43,067 nucleotides of DNA from the NCBI GenBank assembly GCA_035603475.1, contig DATNKH010000791.1:1-43067 (forward strand). The letters run 5' to 3'. A program made the position numbers and the translations under genes. This document shows positions 8,718 through 19,281 of this stretch, one piece after another. Positions within the stretch are counted from its first letter, which is position 1. Every line of letters begins with the position of its first letter. Below the pieces are notes generated by a model. The model was not told the origin of the DNA. It was given only the letters and a program-made list of their open reading frames with translations, and did no database searches. Source of the stretch: Thermoanaerobaculia bacterium. Its GTDB lineage: Bacteria; Acidobacteriota; Thermoanaerobaculia; Multivoradales; UBA5704.

Positions 8718-10087
8718 CAGCCGCCGCCGGCTTCCGCTTCGACGTCCGGACCTGCGCCGGGTGCGATCCTGGCGAGAATGGGGGCGAGCATCTCGAGGGT
8801 GCGGGCCAGCGCGCCGCGGTTCTCGACCATGAGGGCGGCGGCACGCTCTCCTTGAGCGCGGGCGGCTGTCGGGTCGGCCAGCCACTCTCCCCAGACCCGG
8901 CCGAGCTCGGCGCCATCCGCGACCCGCCGCCAAGCGCCGGCGTCGTCGAAGCGCTCCGCCATGTCGCGGAAGTTCTGCATCGACGGGCCGACCGCGATGG
9001 GGATGCCGTAGCGCGCGGCCTCGAGCGGGTTGTGGCCGCCGGTCCCGACCAGGGTGCCGCCGATGAAGGCCGCGGCCGCCTGCTGGAAGAGGGACGCCAT
9101 CTCGCCCATGCTGTCGAGCAGGAGCACGTCGGGAGCGCCGCCGGCGACGGGGCCGGCCGCCGCGGCGCCTTCAGCCATGGGGCCGCCTGCCGCCGGTACC
9201 GGCAGGCGGCTGCGCCTCACCGCCATCAAGCCGCTCGCCGCGAGCAGCCTCTCGACCTCGTCCCAGCGCTCCGGATGGCGTGGCGCCAGGACCAGGAGGG
9301 CGCGGCGGCCGCCTCCCAGGGCGCCGAAGGCCGCGAGCACCTGCTCGTCCTCGCCCGGCATGGTGGAGCCGGCGATCACCATCGGCCGGCCGCCGGCGAG
9401 GCGGTCCAGGGCCGCGGCGAGATCGGGGTTGGCGCGCGGCTCGGGAGTCTCGAACTTGAGGTTGCCGGTGACGGTGAGGCGGGCGGGGTCGACCCCGAGG
9501 GCCTGCAACCGGCCGCGGTCCTCGGCGCTCTGCACACCGAAGCGCTCGATGCCCGAGAAGAGGAACCGCGCCAGCGGGCGGACCCGCCGCATGCGGCGGA
9601 AGCTGCGGTCACCCACCCGGCCGTTGATCACCGCCACCGGCAAGGCATGCCGGCGCGCCTCGCGCAGCAGCAGCGGCCAGTAGTCTCCTTCCACCAGCAC
9701 CAACGCCGCCGGGGTGAAGCGGCGCCAGAAGCGCGCTACCGCCGGCCGGAGGTCGAAGGGCAGGTAGGCGACCCGCGCCCTGCCGGCGAAGGCCCGGCGT
9801 GCGAGGGCCTGGCCGGTCGGGGTCACGGTGGTGACCAGCAACGGCAGCTCGGGCGGCAGCGCCCGCACCAGGGTGGCCGCGACGCCCACCTCTCCCACCG
9901 ACACCGCGTGCAGCCAGAGGCCGCCGGCCGTCACGCCGGTGTCCGACTCGCCGGCGCCGGCGCCGCCCAGGCGGCCGGCCAGGGTCGGCAGGTAGTGGCG
10001 GCCGCGCCGCGCGAGCAGGAACGGCCCGGCGGTCAGCAACGCCAGGCCGAGTCCCGCCTCGTAGATCAGCCAGAGCAGGGAGCCCAT
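8717..10087 (-). CDS. waaA: 3-deoxy-D-manno-octulosonic acid (Kdo) transferase
   Basis: LWLHAVSVGEVGVAATLVRAL...LLVTTVTPTGQALARRAF...YLPFDL closely resembles the WaaA/KdtA N-terminal signature. The start is chosen at MGSLLWLIYEAGLGLALL (ATG 10087-10085). The upstream 131 codons of the track ORF are R/P/A-rich and look non-genuine. Confidence 0.85.
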   Translation of the reverse strand: MGSLLWLIYEAGLGLALLTAGPFLLARRGRHYLPTLAGRLGGAGAGESDTGVTAGGLWLHAVSVGEVGVAATLVRALPPELPLLVTTVTPTGQALARRAFAGRARVAYLPFDLRPAVARFWRRFTPAALVLVEGDYWPLLLREARRHALPVAVINGRVGDRSFRRMRRVRPLARFLFSGIERFGVQSAEDRGRLQALGVDPARLTVTGNLKFETPEPRANPDLAAALDRLAGGRPMVIAGSTMPGEDEQVLAAFGALGGGRRALLVLAPRHPERWDEVERLLAASGLMAVRRSRLPVPAAGGPMAEGAAAAGPVAGGAPDVLLLDSMGEMASLFQQAAAAFIGGTLVGTGGHNPLEAARYGIPIAVGPSMQNFRDMAERFDDAGAWRRVADGAELGRVWGEWLADPTAARAQGERAAALMVENRGALARTLEMLAPILARIAPGAGPDVEAEAGGG

Positions 10088-10643
10088 CCGGCGACGAAGT
10101 ATAATCAGCTGCCGGCGACGCGGGGCGGAGTCCGGCGGGTCACGCAGGGGAATCCCACGGCTGGCGGGCGCATCCGGCGCCGAGCGGCGGCGCTCCCGGG
10201 GCTGATCCCGTCGTCCCTTCCACCGCGACCTCGGCCTACGAACGATGGACCGTTTTGGACGCAGCTTGCTGGACCTGCGGCGCCGCTGGCGCGATCCGCG
10301 CGCGGCCGCCCCGTCCTCGGCGGACCCGGTCGAGCCGGCAGGCTCGGCGGGTGTCGCCAGCCCTGCTGCCTCGGCGAGTGTCGCCGCGGCCGGCGCAGCT
10401 GGGCAAGCCGGCGCGGCCGGTCGCTCGCCTCGCTCGGCTGACGCGGCGATCTCCGCCGACGCGCCAGGTACGGCTTGCACATCTGGCCCCCCGGTCTCGC
10501 CTGGCCCCCCGGTCTCGCCGGTCTCGCCAGGGTCCCCCGATCCGGCCGGCGCCGCTGGCGGCCCGGCCGACTTGCCTGGGGCGGCGGCGGGCAGGCCGGA
10601 ACAGGTAGACGATGACCGCAGCGCCCCCGTATACCGTGGTGAG

Positions 10644-11378
10644 ATGATCGAGCTCGTCTACTCCCGCCGCCAGAGCCGGCAATCGCCGCCCTGGGCCGAG
10701 GTCTCCGACCGCGACCTGCTGTTCGCCCTCCGCGAGGGCGACGAGGCGGCGCTGAACGAGCTCATCAGCCGCAAGACGAAGCCTCTCCTGCAGCTGGTCA
10801 CGCGCATCCTCGGCGATCTCGAGGAGGCGCGGGACGTCGTCCAGGTGACCTTCTTCAAGGTCTGGGAGAACCGCGCCAAGTTCGACGAGCGATGGAGCCC
10901 GAACACCTGGATCTATCGCATCGCGAGCAACCTTGCCATCGACCACCTGCGCTCCCGCCGCAGCCGCGAGCGCAGCCAGGAACCGGTGCGGCAGCACCTC
11001 CGCCAGGTCGCCGACGGCCGCGCTCACCGCGACCTGTCGCGCCTGCAGCAGGGCGAGGTGGCCGCCATCTTCCGCGAGCTGGCCGGCGCTCTCTCGGAGA
11101 AGCAGCGCATGGTCTTCCTGATGCGCGAGGTCGAGGGGCTGTCGTCGCCCGAGGTCGCCGGCATCCTGGGCTGCCGCGAATCGACGGTGCGCAACCACCT
11201 CTTCAACGCCCGCAAGTACCTGCGCGGCGAGCTGCTGCGGCGCTATCCGGAGTACGCGGCGAACTTCGCCTCGGCCGCCGCGCCGCCGGCCGCCGCCGGC
11301 TACCAGGCAAGCGCCTCGGCGCCCGCGCCGAGCACCTCGGCGACCCCAGCGATCCACCCCGGGAGGGAGCGGCCGTGA
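10644..11378 (+). CDS. ECF (sigma-24 type) RNA polymerase sigma factor
   Basis: Region 2: LLQLVTRILGDLEEARDVVQVTFFKVWENRAKFD...NTWIYRIASNLAIDHLRSRR. Region 4: LSEKQRMVFLMREVEGLSSPEVAGILGCRESTVRNHLFNARKYLR. ATG 10644 is preceded by GGTGAG. The track start 10245 adds a low-complexity 133-aa extension with lower third-position GC. Confidence 0.85.
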   Translation: MIELVYSRRQSRQSPPWAEVSDRDLLFALREGDEAALNELISRKTKPLLQLVTRILGDLEEARDVVQVTFFKVWENRAKFDERWSPNTWIYRIASNLAIDHLRSRRSRERSQEPVRQHLRQVADGRAHRDLSRLQQGEVAAIFRELAGALSEKQRMVFLMREVEGLSSPEVAGILGCRESTVRNHLFNARKYLRGELLRRYPEYAANFASAAAPPAAAGYQASASAPAPSTSATPAIHPGRERP

Positions 11379-12214
11379 GCTGCCCCGACTGGCGCCGGCT
11401 GGACCCCGCCGCCCGCGATGCCGCCGGCGCGCCTCGTGCCGCCGCCGACGCCACTGGCGCGATCAGTGCGAGCGGCGCGATCGGCGCAGTCGGCGCGATC
11501 GACGCCCTTCATGCCCTCCACTGGCAACAGGCGCTCAGCCACCTCGACAGTGGCTGCCCCGACTGCTGGCGTGAGGCGCTTGCCGTCGATCCGACGCTGA
11601 TCTTCCGGCGGCTGCCGGCGGCGGAGCTCACTGCCGCGCAGGAGGCCGACGAGGTCGAGGCCGCGCGCCTGGCGGTGGCGGCCATGCGCACCGCCAGCCG
11701 CCTGGAGGATGCGGCTCGCGGCGATTCCGGTACCCGCTCGGCGAGCGGGCTGCGGCGGCACTGGCAGGACTGGCAGGCTGGGTCGGACTGGCCGGCGCAT
11801 GCACTGCGCCGCCTGCCGGCGATCCGCTCCCTGCCCTCTCTCCATGTCCATTCGGCGCGGTGGGCGGTGGCGGCCGGCCTGACGGCGATGGCGCTGGTCT
11901 ACGGTTCCGGCCACGGCTGGCGTCCCACGCCTCCCATGCCTCCCATTACCGCGGCCACGGCCACCGGTGCTCCTGGCCCGGCGGCTCCTGCCGATGCGCT
12001 CGCCGCCTCGGCAGCGGAGCCAGGTGGTCCAGGTGGTCCAGGTGGTCCAGGTCCACGGATGATGCCGCCGGGCTGGGCCGGCGCGTCGGCGGTGCAAGCG
12101 GCGTCGTCGCGACCCTCGATCGAGGGGCTGAGCCGGCCCGAGGCGCGGGTCTACCAGATCGACAGCCCGCACATGTCAGTGGTGATGATCGTGGACGGCA
12201 AGCTCGATGTCTGA
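11375..12214 (+). CDS. Putative anti-sigma factor (Cys/His N-terminus, one TM helix)
   Basis: The GTG start overlaps the sigma stop (GTGA at 11375-11378). The N-terminal region has SCPDW and HLDSGCPDCWREAL (close to zf-HC2, but H-x4-C-x2-C). A hydrophobic helix WAVAAGLTAMALVYG is present. Its position directly after an ECF sigma gene fits this role. Confidence 0.5.
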   Translation: MSCPDWRRLDPAARDAAGAPRAAADATGAISASGAIGAVGAIDALHALHWQQALSHLDSGCPDCWREALAVDPTLIFRRLPAAELTAAQEADEVEAARLAVAAMRTASRLEDAARGDSGTRSASGLRRHWQDWQAGSDWPAHALRRLPAIRSLPSLHVHSARWAVAAGLTAMALVYGSGHGWRPTPPMPPITAATATGAPGPAAPADALAASAAEPGGPGGPGGPGPRMMPPGWAGASAVQAASSRPSIEGLSRPEARVYQIDSPHMSVVMIVDGKLDV

Positions 12215-12318
12215 GCTCTTGTCGCGGCCACGATCCAGACGGAGTCGGCCTGGGACATCTCCCCGGCGGCCGTGCGTTTGAGCCGGCTCCGCGGTCGCGA
12301 TAGACTTCCGGGTTTCTG

Positions 12319-13068
12319 ATGGTATCCGTGCGCCGCCTCGTCGCGATCGTTGCGGTCATCGCGAGCGTTCTCTGGACCTGCGGTCCAGCGGCGCCGCTTG
12401 CCGCCCAGCCAGGCCAACCGCCGCGGGACTCCGCCGAGCTGGTCCTGCACGCCTACAAACTGCTCTATCAGCAGGCGCTCGAGGCCATCCCGCTGATCCA
12501 GCCGCTGCTCACCGGCCGCGGCACGCTCGAGCTGCAGCCAGGCGGCAACACGCTGGTCATCCGCGACACCGCGGCGGCGCTCGCCCGCATCGTGCCGGTG
12601 CTGCGCGCCTTCGACCACCCGGCGCAGCCGCTCAAGGTCGAGATCCTGATCGTGCGCGCCAGCCGCGCGGCGGTCGGGCCGCCGCAGCTGAGTCACTCCG
12701 ACCTGCCGGCGTCCTTGACGCGCCGGCTGCGCGAGCTGCTGCCGTACGACATCTACGAGCTGCAGGCGCAGGCGAACCTCGGATCGCAGGAGGGGCAGGC
12801 GGTCGCCTACGAGCTCGGGGACGATTATGTCGTCAGCTTCCGTCTTGGTACATTGATGGAGGCGAAGCGCATCAGGCTCGGCAACTTCGAGGTCAGCCGC
12901 CGCGCCGGCGGGAGCAAGTCGACCGCGCCGCTGGTCCACACCAGCCTGAACCTCTGCCTGGACCAGACGATGAGCCTCGGCTTGGCGCGCAGCGAGGGCA
13001 GCCGCGATGCGCTGATCATCGTCGTGACGGTGCGTCACGGCGATCCCCGGCCGCGAGGGGAGCCCTGA
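12319..13068 (+). CDS. Secreted protein with a secretin N-domain (NolW-like) fold, no secretin pore domain
   Basis: Signal-like N-terminus LVAIVAVIASVLWTCGPAAPLAAQ. The block ELVLHAYKLLYQQALEAIPLIQPLL..GTLELQPGGNTLVIRDTAAALARIVPVLRAFD followed by LKVEILIVRAS resembles GspD/PilQ N-domains. Confidence 0.5.
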   Translation: MVSVRRLVAIVAVIASVLWTCGPAAPLAAQPGQPPRDSAELVLHAYKLLYQQALEAIPLIQPLLTGRGTLELQPGGNTLVIRDTAAALARIVPVLRAFDHPAQPLKVEILIVRASRAAVGPPQLSHSDLPASLTRRLRELLPYDIYELQAQANLGSQEGQAVAYELGDDYVVSFRLGTLMEAKRIRLGNFEVSRRAGGSKSTAPLVHTSLNLCLDQTMSLGLARSEGSRDALIIVVTVRHGDPRPRGEP

Positions 13069-13112
13069 GCCTGGCGCCCGTTCGGTGCCACGGATCACAG
13101 ATAGAGCAGGGG

Positions 13113-13261
13113 GAGCCAGGGAACCAGGTCGAGCCAGGGAACCAGGTCGAGCCAGGGAACCAGTTGAAGCCAGGGAATCAGGTAGGGTGGAGCCAGGGAG
13201 TCACGTAGAGGCAGGGAATCACGTCGAGCCAGGGAATCACGTCGAGCCAGGGAATGAACAG
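13113..13261 (+). repeat. 18-bp tandem repeat array, 8 copies (consensus GAGCCAGGGAAYCASGTC), intergenic, upstream of pilC
   Basis: Copies at 13113, 13131, 13149, 13167, then a 5-nt insert GGGTG, then 13190, 13208, 13226, 13244. Copies 1-2 are identical to each other, as are copies 7 and most of 8. The array ends 11 nt before ATG 13273. Confidence 0.9.
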
Positions 13262-13272
13262 AGAGCGAGCGT

Positions 13273-14493
13273 ATGCAGTTCTACTGTAGGGTCGGAACGC
13301 CCGAGGGCCGCGTTCTCGAGCAGACGTTCGTCGCCAGCGACGAGCCGGCCTTGCTGACCGAGCTGGCCAAGCTCGGCTATCACGTCTTCGAGGTGCGGCG
13401 GCGCGGCATGCCGCGCAAGCTCGGGGCGGCGGGGATCTTCGGACGCCACCGCAAGCCGATCCCGGTCCAGGAGTTCATGGTCTGGAATCGCGAGCTGGCG
13501 GTGCTGCTCAAGGCGGGCCTGCCGCTGCTGCAGGCGCTGGACCTGATGCTGGAGCGGATGGAGAACCAGCACTTCAAGGCGGTGCTGACCGACATCCGCG
13601 ACCGGGTCAAGAGCGGCCAGGACCTGTCCGAGGCCTTCGAGGAGCATGCCGAGCTCTTCCCCCGGCTGTTCCCCTCGACGCTCAAGGCCGGCGAGAAGAG
13701 CGGCGAGCTCGAGCAGGTCATCCGCCGCTTCATCCGCTACCTCAAGCTGGTGATGGACGCGCGGCGGCGAGTGATCACGGCGCTGGTCTACCCGGCGGTG
13801 CTGATCTGCCTGTCGATCACCATGATCAGCGTCATGATGGTCTACGTGGTGCCGAAGATCACCGTCTTCTTCGAGAACCTGGAGGTGGAGCTGCCGCTGA
13901 TGACGCGGATGCTGATCGCCGTCTCCGGCTTCGCGCATCGCAACGTCGTCTGGCTGGCGCTGGGCGTGCTGGGCGGCGTCGTCGCCTTCCGCGCCTGGCG
14001 GCGCACCGAGCCAGGCCGGCTGTGGCTGGACCGCGCCAAGCTCAAGCTGCCGTTCATCGGCCCGGTGCTCCACCGCTTCGCCCTCACCGAGCTCTGCCGC
14101 TCGCTCGCCACCCTGCTCTCCGGCGGCATCCCGCTGGTGCCGGCGCTCGAGATCGCGACCGACGCGGTCGGCAACGTCCAGGTCCGCCAGGCGATCGCGC
14201 CGCAGATCCAGCTGGTGCGGGAGGGCAAGCCCTTCCACGAGGCCCTCGAGCGCAGCGGCGTCTTCCTCGAGATGTCGATCGACATGATCAAGGTGGGCGA
14301 GGCCACCGGTTCGCTCGACGAGATGCTGACCAGCGTCGCCGACTTCATGGACGAGCAGATCGAGACCCGCATGGGGCGGATCCTGACGCTGATCGAGCCC
14401 CTGATGCTGGTGTTCATGGGCATCATCGTGGCGATGATCCTGGTCGCGATCTATCTGCCCCTGGTCAGCGCCCTGGGGCAGAGCCAGTACTGA
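13273..14493 (+). CDS. pilC: Type IV pilus / T2SS inner-membrane platform protein (GspF/PilC family)
   Basis: 406 aa with two GspF-type repeats (LAVLLKAGLPLLQALDLM... and LATLLSGGIPLVPALEIA...). It ends ...AMILVAIYLPLVSALGQ as is typical for PilC/GspF. It lies next to the ATPase gene. Confidence 0.9.
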   Translation: MQFYCRVGTPEGRVLEQTFVASDEPALLTELAKLGYHVFEVRRRGMPRKLGAAGIFGRHRKPIPVQEFMVWNRELAVLLKAGLPLLQALDLMLERMENQHFKAVLTDIRDRVKSGQDLSEAFEEHAELFPRLFPSTLKAGEKSGELEQVIRRFIRYLKLVMDARRRVITALVYPAVLICLSITMISVMMVYVVPKITVFFENLEVELPLMTRMLIAVSGFAHRNVVWLALGVLGGVVAFRAWRRTEPGRLWLDRAKLKLPFIGPVLHRFALTELCRSLATLLSGGIPLVPALEIATDAVGNVQVRQAIAPQIQLVREGKPFHEALERSGVFLEMSIDMIKVGEATGSLDEMLTSVADFMDEQIETRMGRILTLIEPLMLVFMGIIVAMILVAIYLPLVSALGQSQY

Positions 14494-14494
14494 T

Positions 14495-16171
<1,677 letters not shown>

Positions 16172-17191
16172 GCGGCTGCTGGGGTTCGCCCCGCTGCCGT
16201 CGCCGCCCCACGTCTTCGCGCTCGACGCGGCACGGCTGCGCTACGGCCAGCTGGCCGTGGACCGCCAGGGCCTGCGGCTGCGCGCCTTCCGCCAACTGGC
16301 GCTGCCGCCGGACTCCTTCCAGAACGGCCTGCTCGGCGGGCCGCTGCGCGATCCGGGTGCCTTCCGCGAGCTGGTCGGCGGCATCCTCGACGGCGTCCCG
16401 GGCGGCGTCCGCGAGGCGTCGCTGGTGATCCCCGACGCCTGGCTGCGGGTCACCTACGCCGAGAGCGGCGACCTGCCGCGCGGCGGCGCCGCGCTCGACG
16501 AGGTACTGCGCTGGAAGCTGCGGCGCCTGGTGCCCTTCCGGGTCGACGAGCTGCGCATCGGCGCCGCCGAGGTCTCGCCGCTGCCCGGGCAGGAGGAGCC
16601 GCGGCGGCTGCTGATGGGCTTCGCCATCGAGCAGCTGCTGGCGCAGATCGAGGATGCGTTCACGGCGCACGGAGTCCGCCTGGGACAGATCTCGAACGTC
16701 AGCCTGTCCCTGCTCGACGCCCTGGGCGGGGCGGATTCGAGAGGGCCCACATCGCGCACGTCAGCGCTGCCGGCGGTGTCCCAGCACGGCCGCTCCTTCT
16801 CCTTCCTGGCGCTGACCATGGTCGAGGACGACGGCTACACCCTGATCCTGGCGCGCCGCGGCGAGCCGGTGTTGCACCGCTACAAGGCCACGGCTGCCGG
16901 CAGCGCCGGCGCCGCCGACACCGCGCCGGGAGGGTCGGTCGTGCGCGACCTGCGCCTCACCAGGAACTTCCTCGACGAGCACTTCCCGGGCTCGTCGCTC
17001 GAGACCGTGCTGCTGCTGGCGCCGCCGCCGCTGCAGCCGCTGTGGCTGGACCGGTTGCAGCAGGGCCTCGGCCGGCGGGCGGCAGTGGTGGACGGTGCAG
17101 TCCTGCCGGCTCTGCGCAGCGAGGCCCTGAGCACGCTGCCGCCGTGGCGGGAGCTGGCACCGATGATCGGCGCGGCGCGGCGGATGATCGC

Positions 17192-18475
17192 ATGACGCTG
17201 CCACCGTTCGACGGACCGCGGGTGCGCCAGGCGACCGCCACCCTCAACGGCGAGCCCGCCGACGCCGGGGTTCCCGCCGGCCCCGCGGTCCCTCTCGACT
17301 CTCCCGGCTCTCCTGGCTCTGTCAGCGCGCCTGCCTCCACGGGGTTCGCCTCCGCGCCGCCGCCGCGCGCCCAGCCGGCGGCCGCCCGGTTGGAGAGCGC
17401 CGAGTCGCTCAACCTGGCCCAGCGCCCGTTCGTCAACACCCGGCCGGTGGAGCGGGTGGCGGCGATCCTCTGGGTACTGGGTGTCGCGCTGCTGGCCTGG
17501 AACCTGAAGCTGTTCATGGGCTACCTCGGCAGCTCCCAGGCCACCCGCGGCAAGCTCGCCACCCTCGAGCGCGACATCGCTGTGGAGCAGCGCACCAACG
17601 CGGAGCTGCAGGGGCAGGTCGCCAAGCTGGGGCTCGATCAGGAGAACCGCGAGGTGACCTTCCTCAACCGCAAGATCGAGGAGCGCACCTTCTCGTGGAG
17701 CCTGCTCTTCGATCGCATGGCCGAGGTGCTTCCCGACCAGGTGCGGCTGCTGCGGCTGAAGCCGAGCAACGTGGTGCAGCGGGAGATCGGGTTGGGGCCG
17801 CGTGCCTCGGCGCGCGAGCTCAACCCGCCGCCGGTCGTGTTGACACTGAACTGCGAGGCCAAGGACGACGAAGCGCTGCTGCGATTCGTAGACAATTTGT
17901 TCGCCCATCCCGCCTTCTCCGAGCCGAACCTGGAGAACGAGGAGCGCGAGGACAGCGGCCTGCTGAGATTCGACCTCACCGTGCAGTACCAGCCGAACGC
18001 GCCGACCGACCCGACCACGCTCGCGACCGGGACCCGAAAGAGAACGACCCGGACTACGCGCCCGGCGGGCGCGGCGGGGACAACGCGTCCGGCGGGGGCG
18101 ACGCGCCCTGAGCAGACGGTGGAGCCGCTGCGCGCTCTACCGCCGGCGCCTGGGACGCAGGCGCCCGCGGCTCCGGCCGGCGGTGGCACGGGCGGCGCCG
18201 AGGGTGCCGCGGCGGCCCGGCCGCCCGCGGCCGGCGCCGGCTCGCCGGCCGGCGCCGGCCTGGTCCGGGTGGCGCCGCCGCCGCGGTGGCCCGGCGCGGG
18301 CGGACCGCGAGGGCCGGCGGTACCCGGAGTGCCGGGGCGGCCGCGAACGCCGGCGCCGGTGCCGCCGCCGGGGACCAGCGAGGCGCCCCCGCCTCCCCAG
18401 CGGCCCCCGGCGCCGTCGCAAGCCCCCGGGAACCCGCTTCCTCCCGGAGCTCCGGCCGCGGGAGACCGCCGATGA
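17192..18475 (+). CDS. pilN: PilN-like bitopic assembly protein with a long Pro/Ala-rich C-terminal tail
   Basis: NLAQRPFVNTRPVERVAAILWVLGVALLAWNL (conserved PilN N-terminus plus TM), then a coiled coil and ...EERTFSWSLLFDRMAEVLPDQVRLLRLKP. ATG 17192 overlaps the pilM stop (ATGA). The last ~160 aa are P/A/G-rich. Confidence 0.75.
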   Translation: MTLPPFDGPRVRQATATLNGEPADAGVPAGPAVPLDSPGSPGSVSAPASTGFASAPPPRAQPAAARLESAESLNLAQRPFVNTRPVERVAAILWVLGVALLAWNLKLFMGYLGSSQATRGKLATLERDIAVEQRTNAELQGQVAKLGLDQENREVTFLNRKIEERTFSWSLLFDRMAEVLPDQVRLLRLKPSNVVQREIGLGPRASARELNPPPVVLTLNCEAKDDEALLRFVDNLFAHPAFSEPNLENEEREDSGLLRFDLTVQYQPNAPTDPTTLATGTRKRTTRTTRPAGAAGTTRPAGATRPEQTVEPLRALPPAPGTQAPAAPAGGGTGGAEGAAAARPPAAGAGSPAGAGLVRVAPPPRWPGAGGPRGPAVPGVPGRPRTPAPVPPPGTSEAPPPPQRPPAPSQAPGNPLPPGAPAAGDRR

Positions 18476-19281
18476 CCGGTGCGCGCGGCGACATCTGGCG
18501 CCAGCGCCTGTGGGTGTGGGCGACCGCGCTGGCATTCGTGGCCCTCAACGGCATCGGCTTGCTGGTCTACCTGTTCGCGTACTCCGACCGCGTCAAGACC
18601 CTGGAGGTCGACCTGCGCGACCAGGGCAAGCGGCAGGCCGACGTCCACGCCGCGCACCTGCACTCCGAGGACCTGCTGCGCCAGGCGCGGGTCAACCGCG
18701 AGCGCATCCTGCAGCTCTACGACGAGCATTTCTCCACCCGCCGGCGGCGACTGACCGGAGTGACGGCGGAGGTCAAGGATCTCGCCGGGCGCGCCGGCCT
18801 GGTGCCGCGCACGATCAGCTATCCGGAGGAGCAGATCCAGCAGTACGGCTTGATCAAGCGCTCGTTCATCTTCTCGGTCGACGGCACGTATGCCGATCTG
18901 CGCAAGTTCATCAACCTGCTCGAGCTGTCGGACTCCTTCCTGACTCTCGAGGACATGTCGCTGGCCGAGGAAGGGCAGCGTCGCGACGCCGCCAACCGTT
19001 CCGGTTTCTCACCGCCGGCGGGGCTCGGGCAGCCGGCGGCCGCCGCCCGTCCGGGCGTGCCGGGCGTGCCGGGCGTGCCGCCGCCGCCGCCGCCGCAGGC
19101 CGGGCCGCCCGCCTCTCACGGGGCGCTGCGCATGGGGATGACGATCTCGACGCTCTTCTCCTCCCAGGACCAACCGCGGGACGTGCTGGCGCCGCTGCCC
19201 GGCGCCAACGCCGCCGACGGCGCCGCCGCCGCCCCCGGTGCGCGGCAGACGGCGCGTGGAAGGACGCCGCCGCCGCCATGA
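18472..19281 (+). CDS. pilO: PilO-like assembly protein
   Basis: ATG 18472 overlaps the pilN stop (ATGA). TM helix LWVWATALAFVALNGIGLLVYLF, a coiled coil, then SFIFSVDGTYADLRKFINLLELSDSFLTLEDMSL, typical of the PilO ferredoxin-like domain. A Pro-rich insertion precedes the last strand LRMGMTISTLF. Confidence 0.65.
   Translation: MTGARGDIWRQRLWVWATALAFVALNGIGLLVYLFAYSDRVKTLEVDLRDQGKRQADVHAAHLHSEDLLRQARVNRERILQLYDEHFSTRRRRLTGVTAEVKDLAGRAGLVPRTISYPEEQIQQYGLIKRSFIFSVDGTYADLRKFINLLELSDSFLTLEDMSLAEEGQRRDAANRSGFSPPAGLGQPAAAARPGVPGVPGVPPPPPPQAGPPASHGALRMGMTISTLFSSQDQPRDVLAPLPGANAADGAAAAPGARQTARGRTPPPP

Noticed and set aside
7531-8916. Alternate-frame ORFs over lpxK (7531-8916 minus, 7947-8855 plus, 7847-8365 minus)
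   Set aside because: Only the 7554-8717 frame carries the LpxK P-loop and a sensible composition. The others are Arg/Pro-rich shadows.
10100-10105. Perfect TATAAT hexamer near the waaA start, and a GGAAC motif (about 10596) as a possible ECF autoregulatory promoter
   Set aside because: TATAAT has no acceptable -35 at 16-18 nt, and about one such hexamer is expected by chance in this window. The GGAAC is about 25 nt from the nearest CGTA, whereas ECF promoters need about 16-17 nt.
10245-10643. N-terminal 133-aa extension of the ECF sigma factor as drawn in the ORF track
   Set aside because: The extension is low-complexity A/P/S/G sequence with lower third-position GC than neighbouring genes. 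A conventional-length ECF sigma starts at ATG 10644 with an SD-like GGTGAG. It is kept as an open question in the findings.
13113-13261. Possible CRISPR array
   Set aside because: The repeats are contiguous 18-mers with no spacers, and no cas genes lie nearby.
13085-13357. 90-aa ORF encoding hexapeptide repeats (EPGRAR / EPGNHV)
   Set aside because: It exists only because the 18-bp tandem array has a period that is a multiple of 3. It overlaps the pilC start, has no plausible RBS and matches no family.
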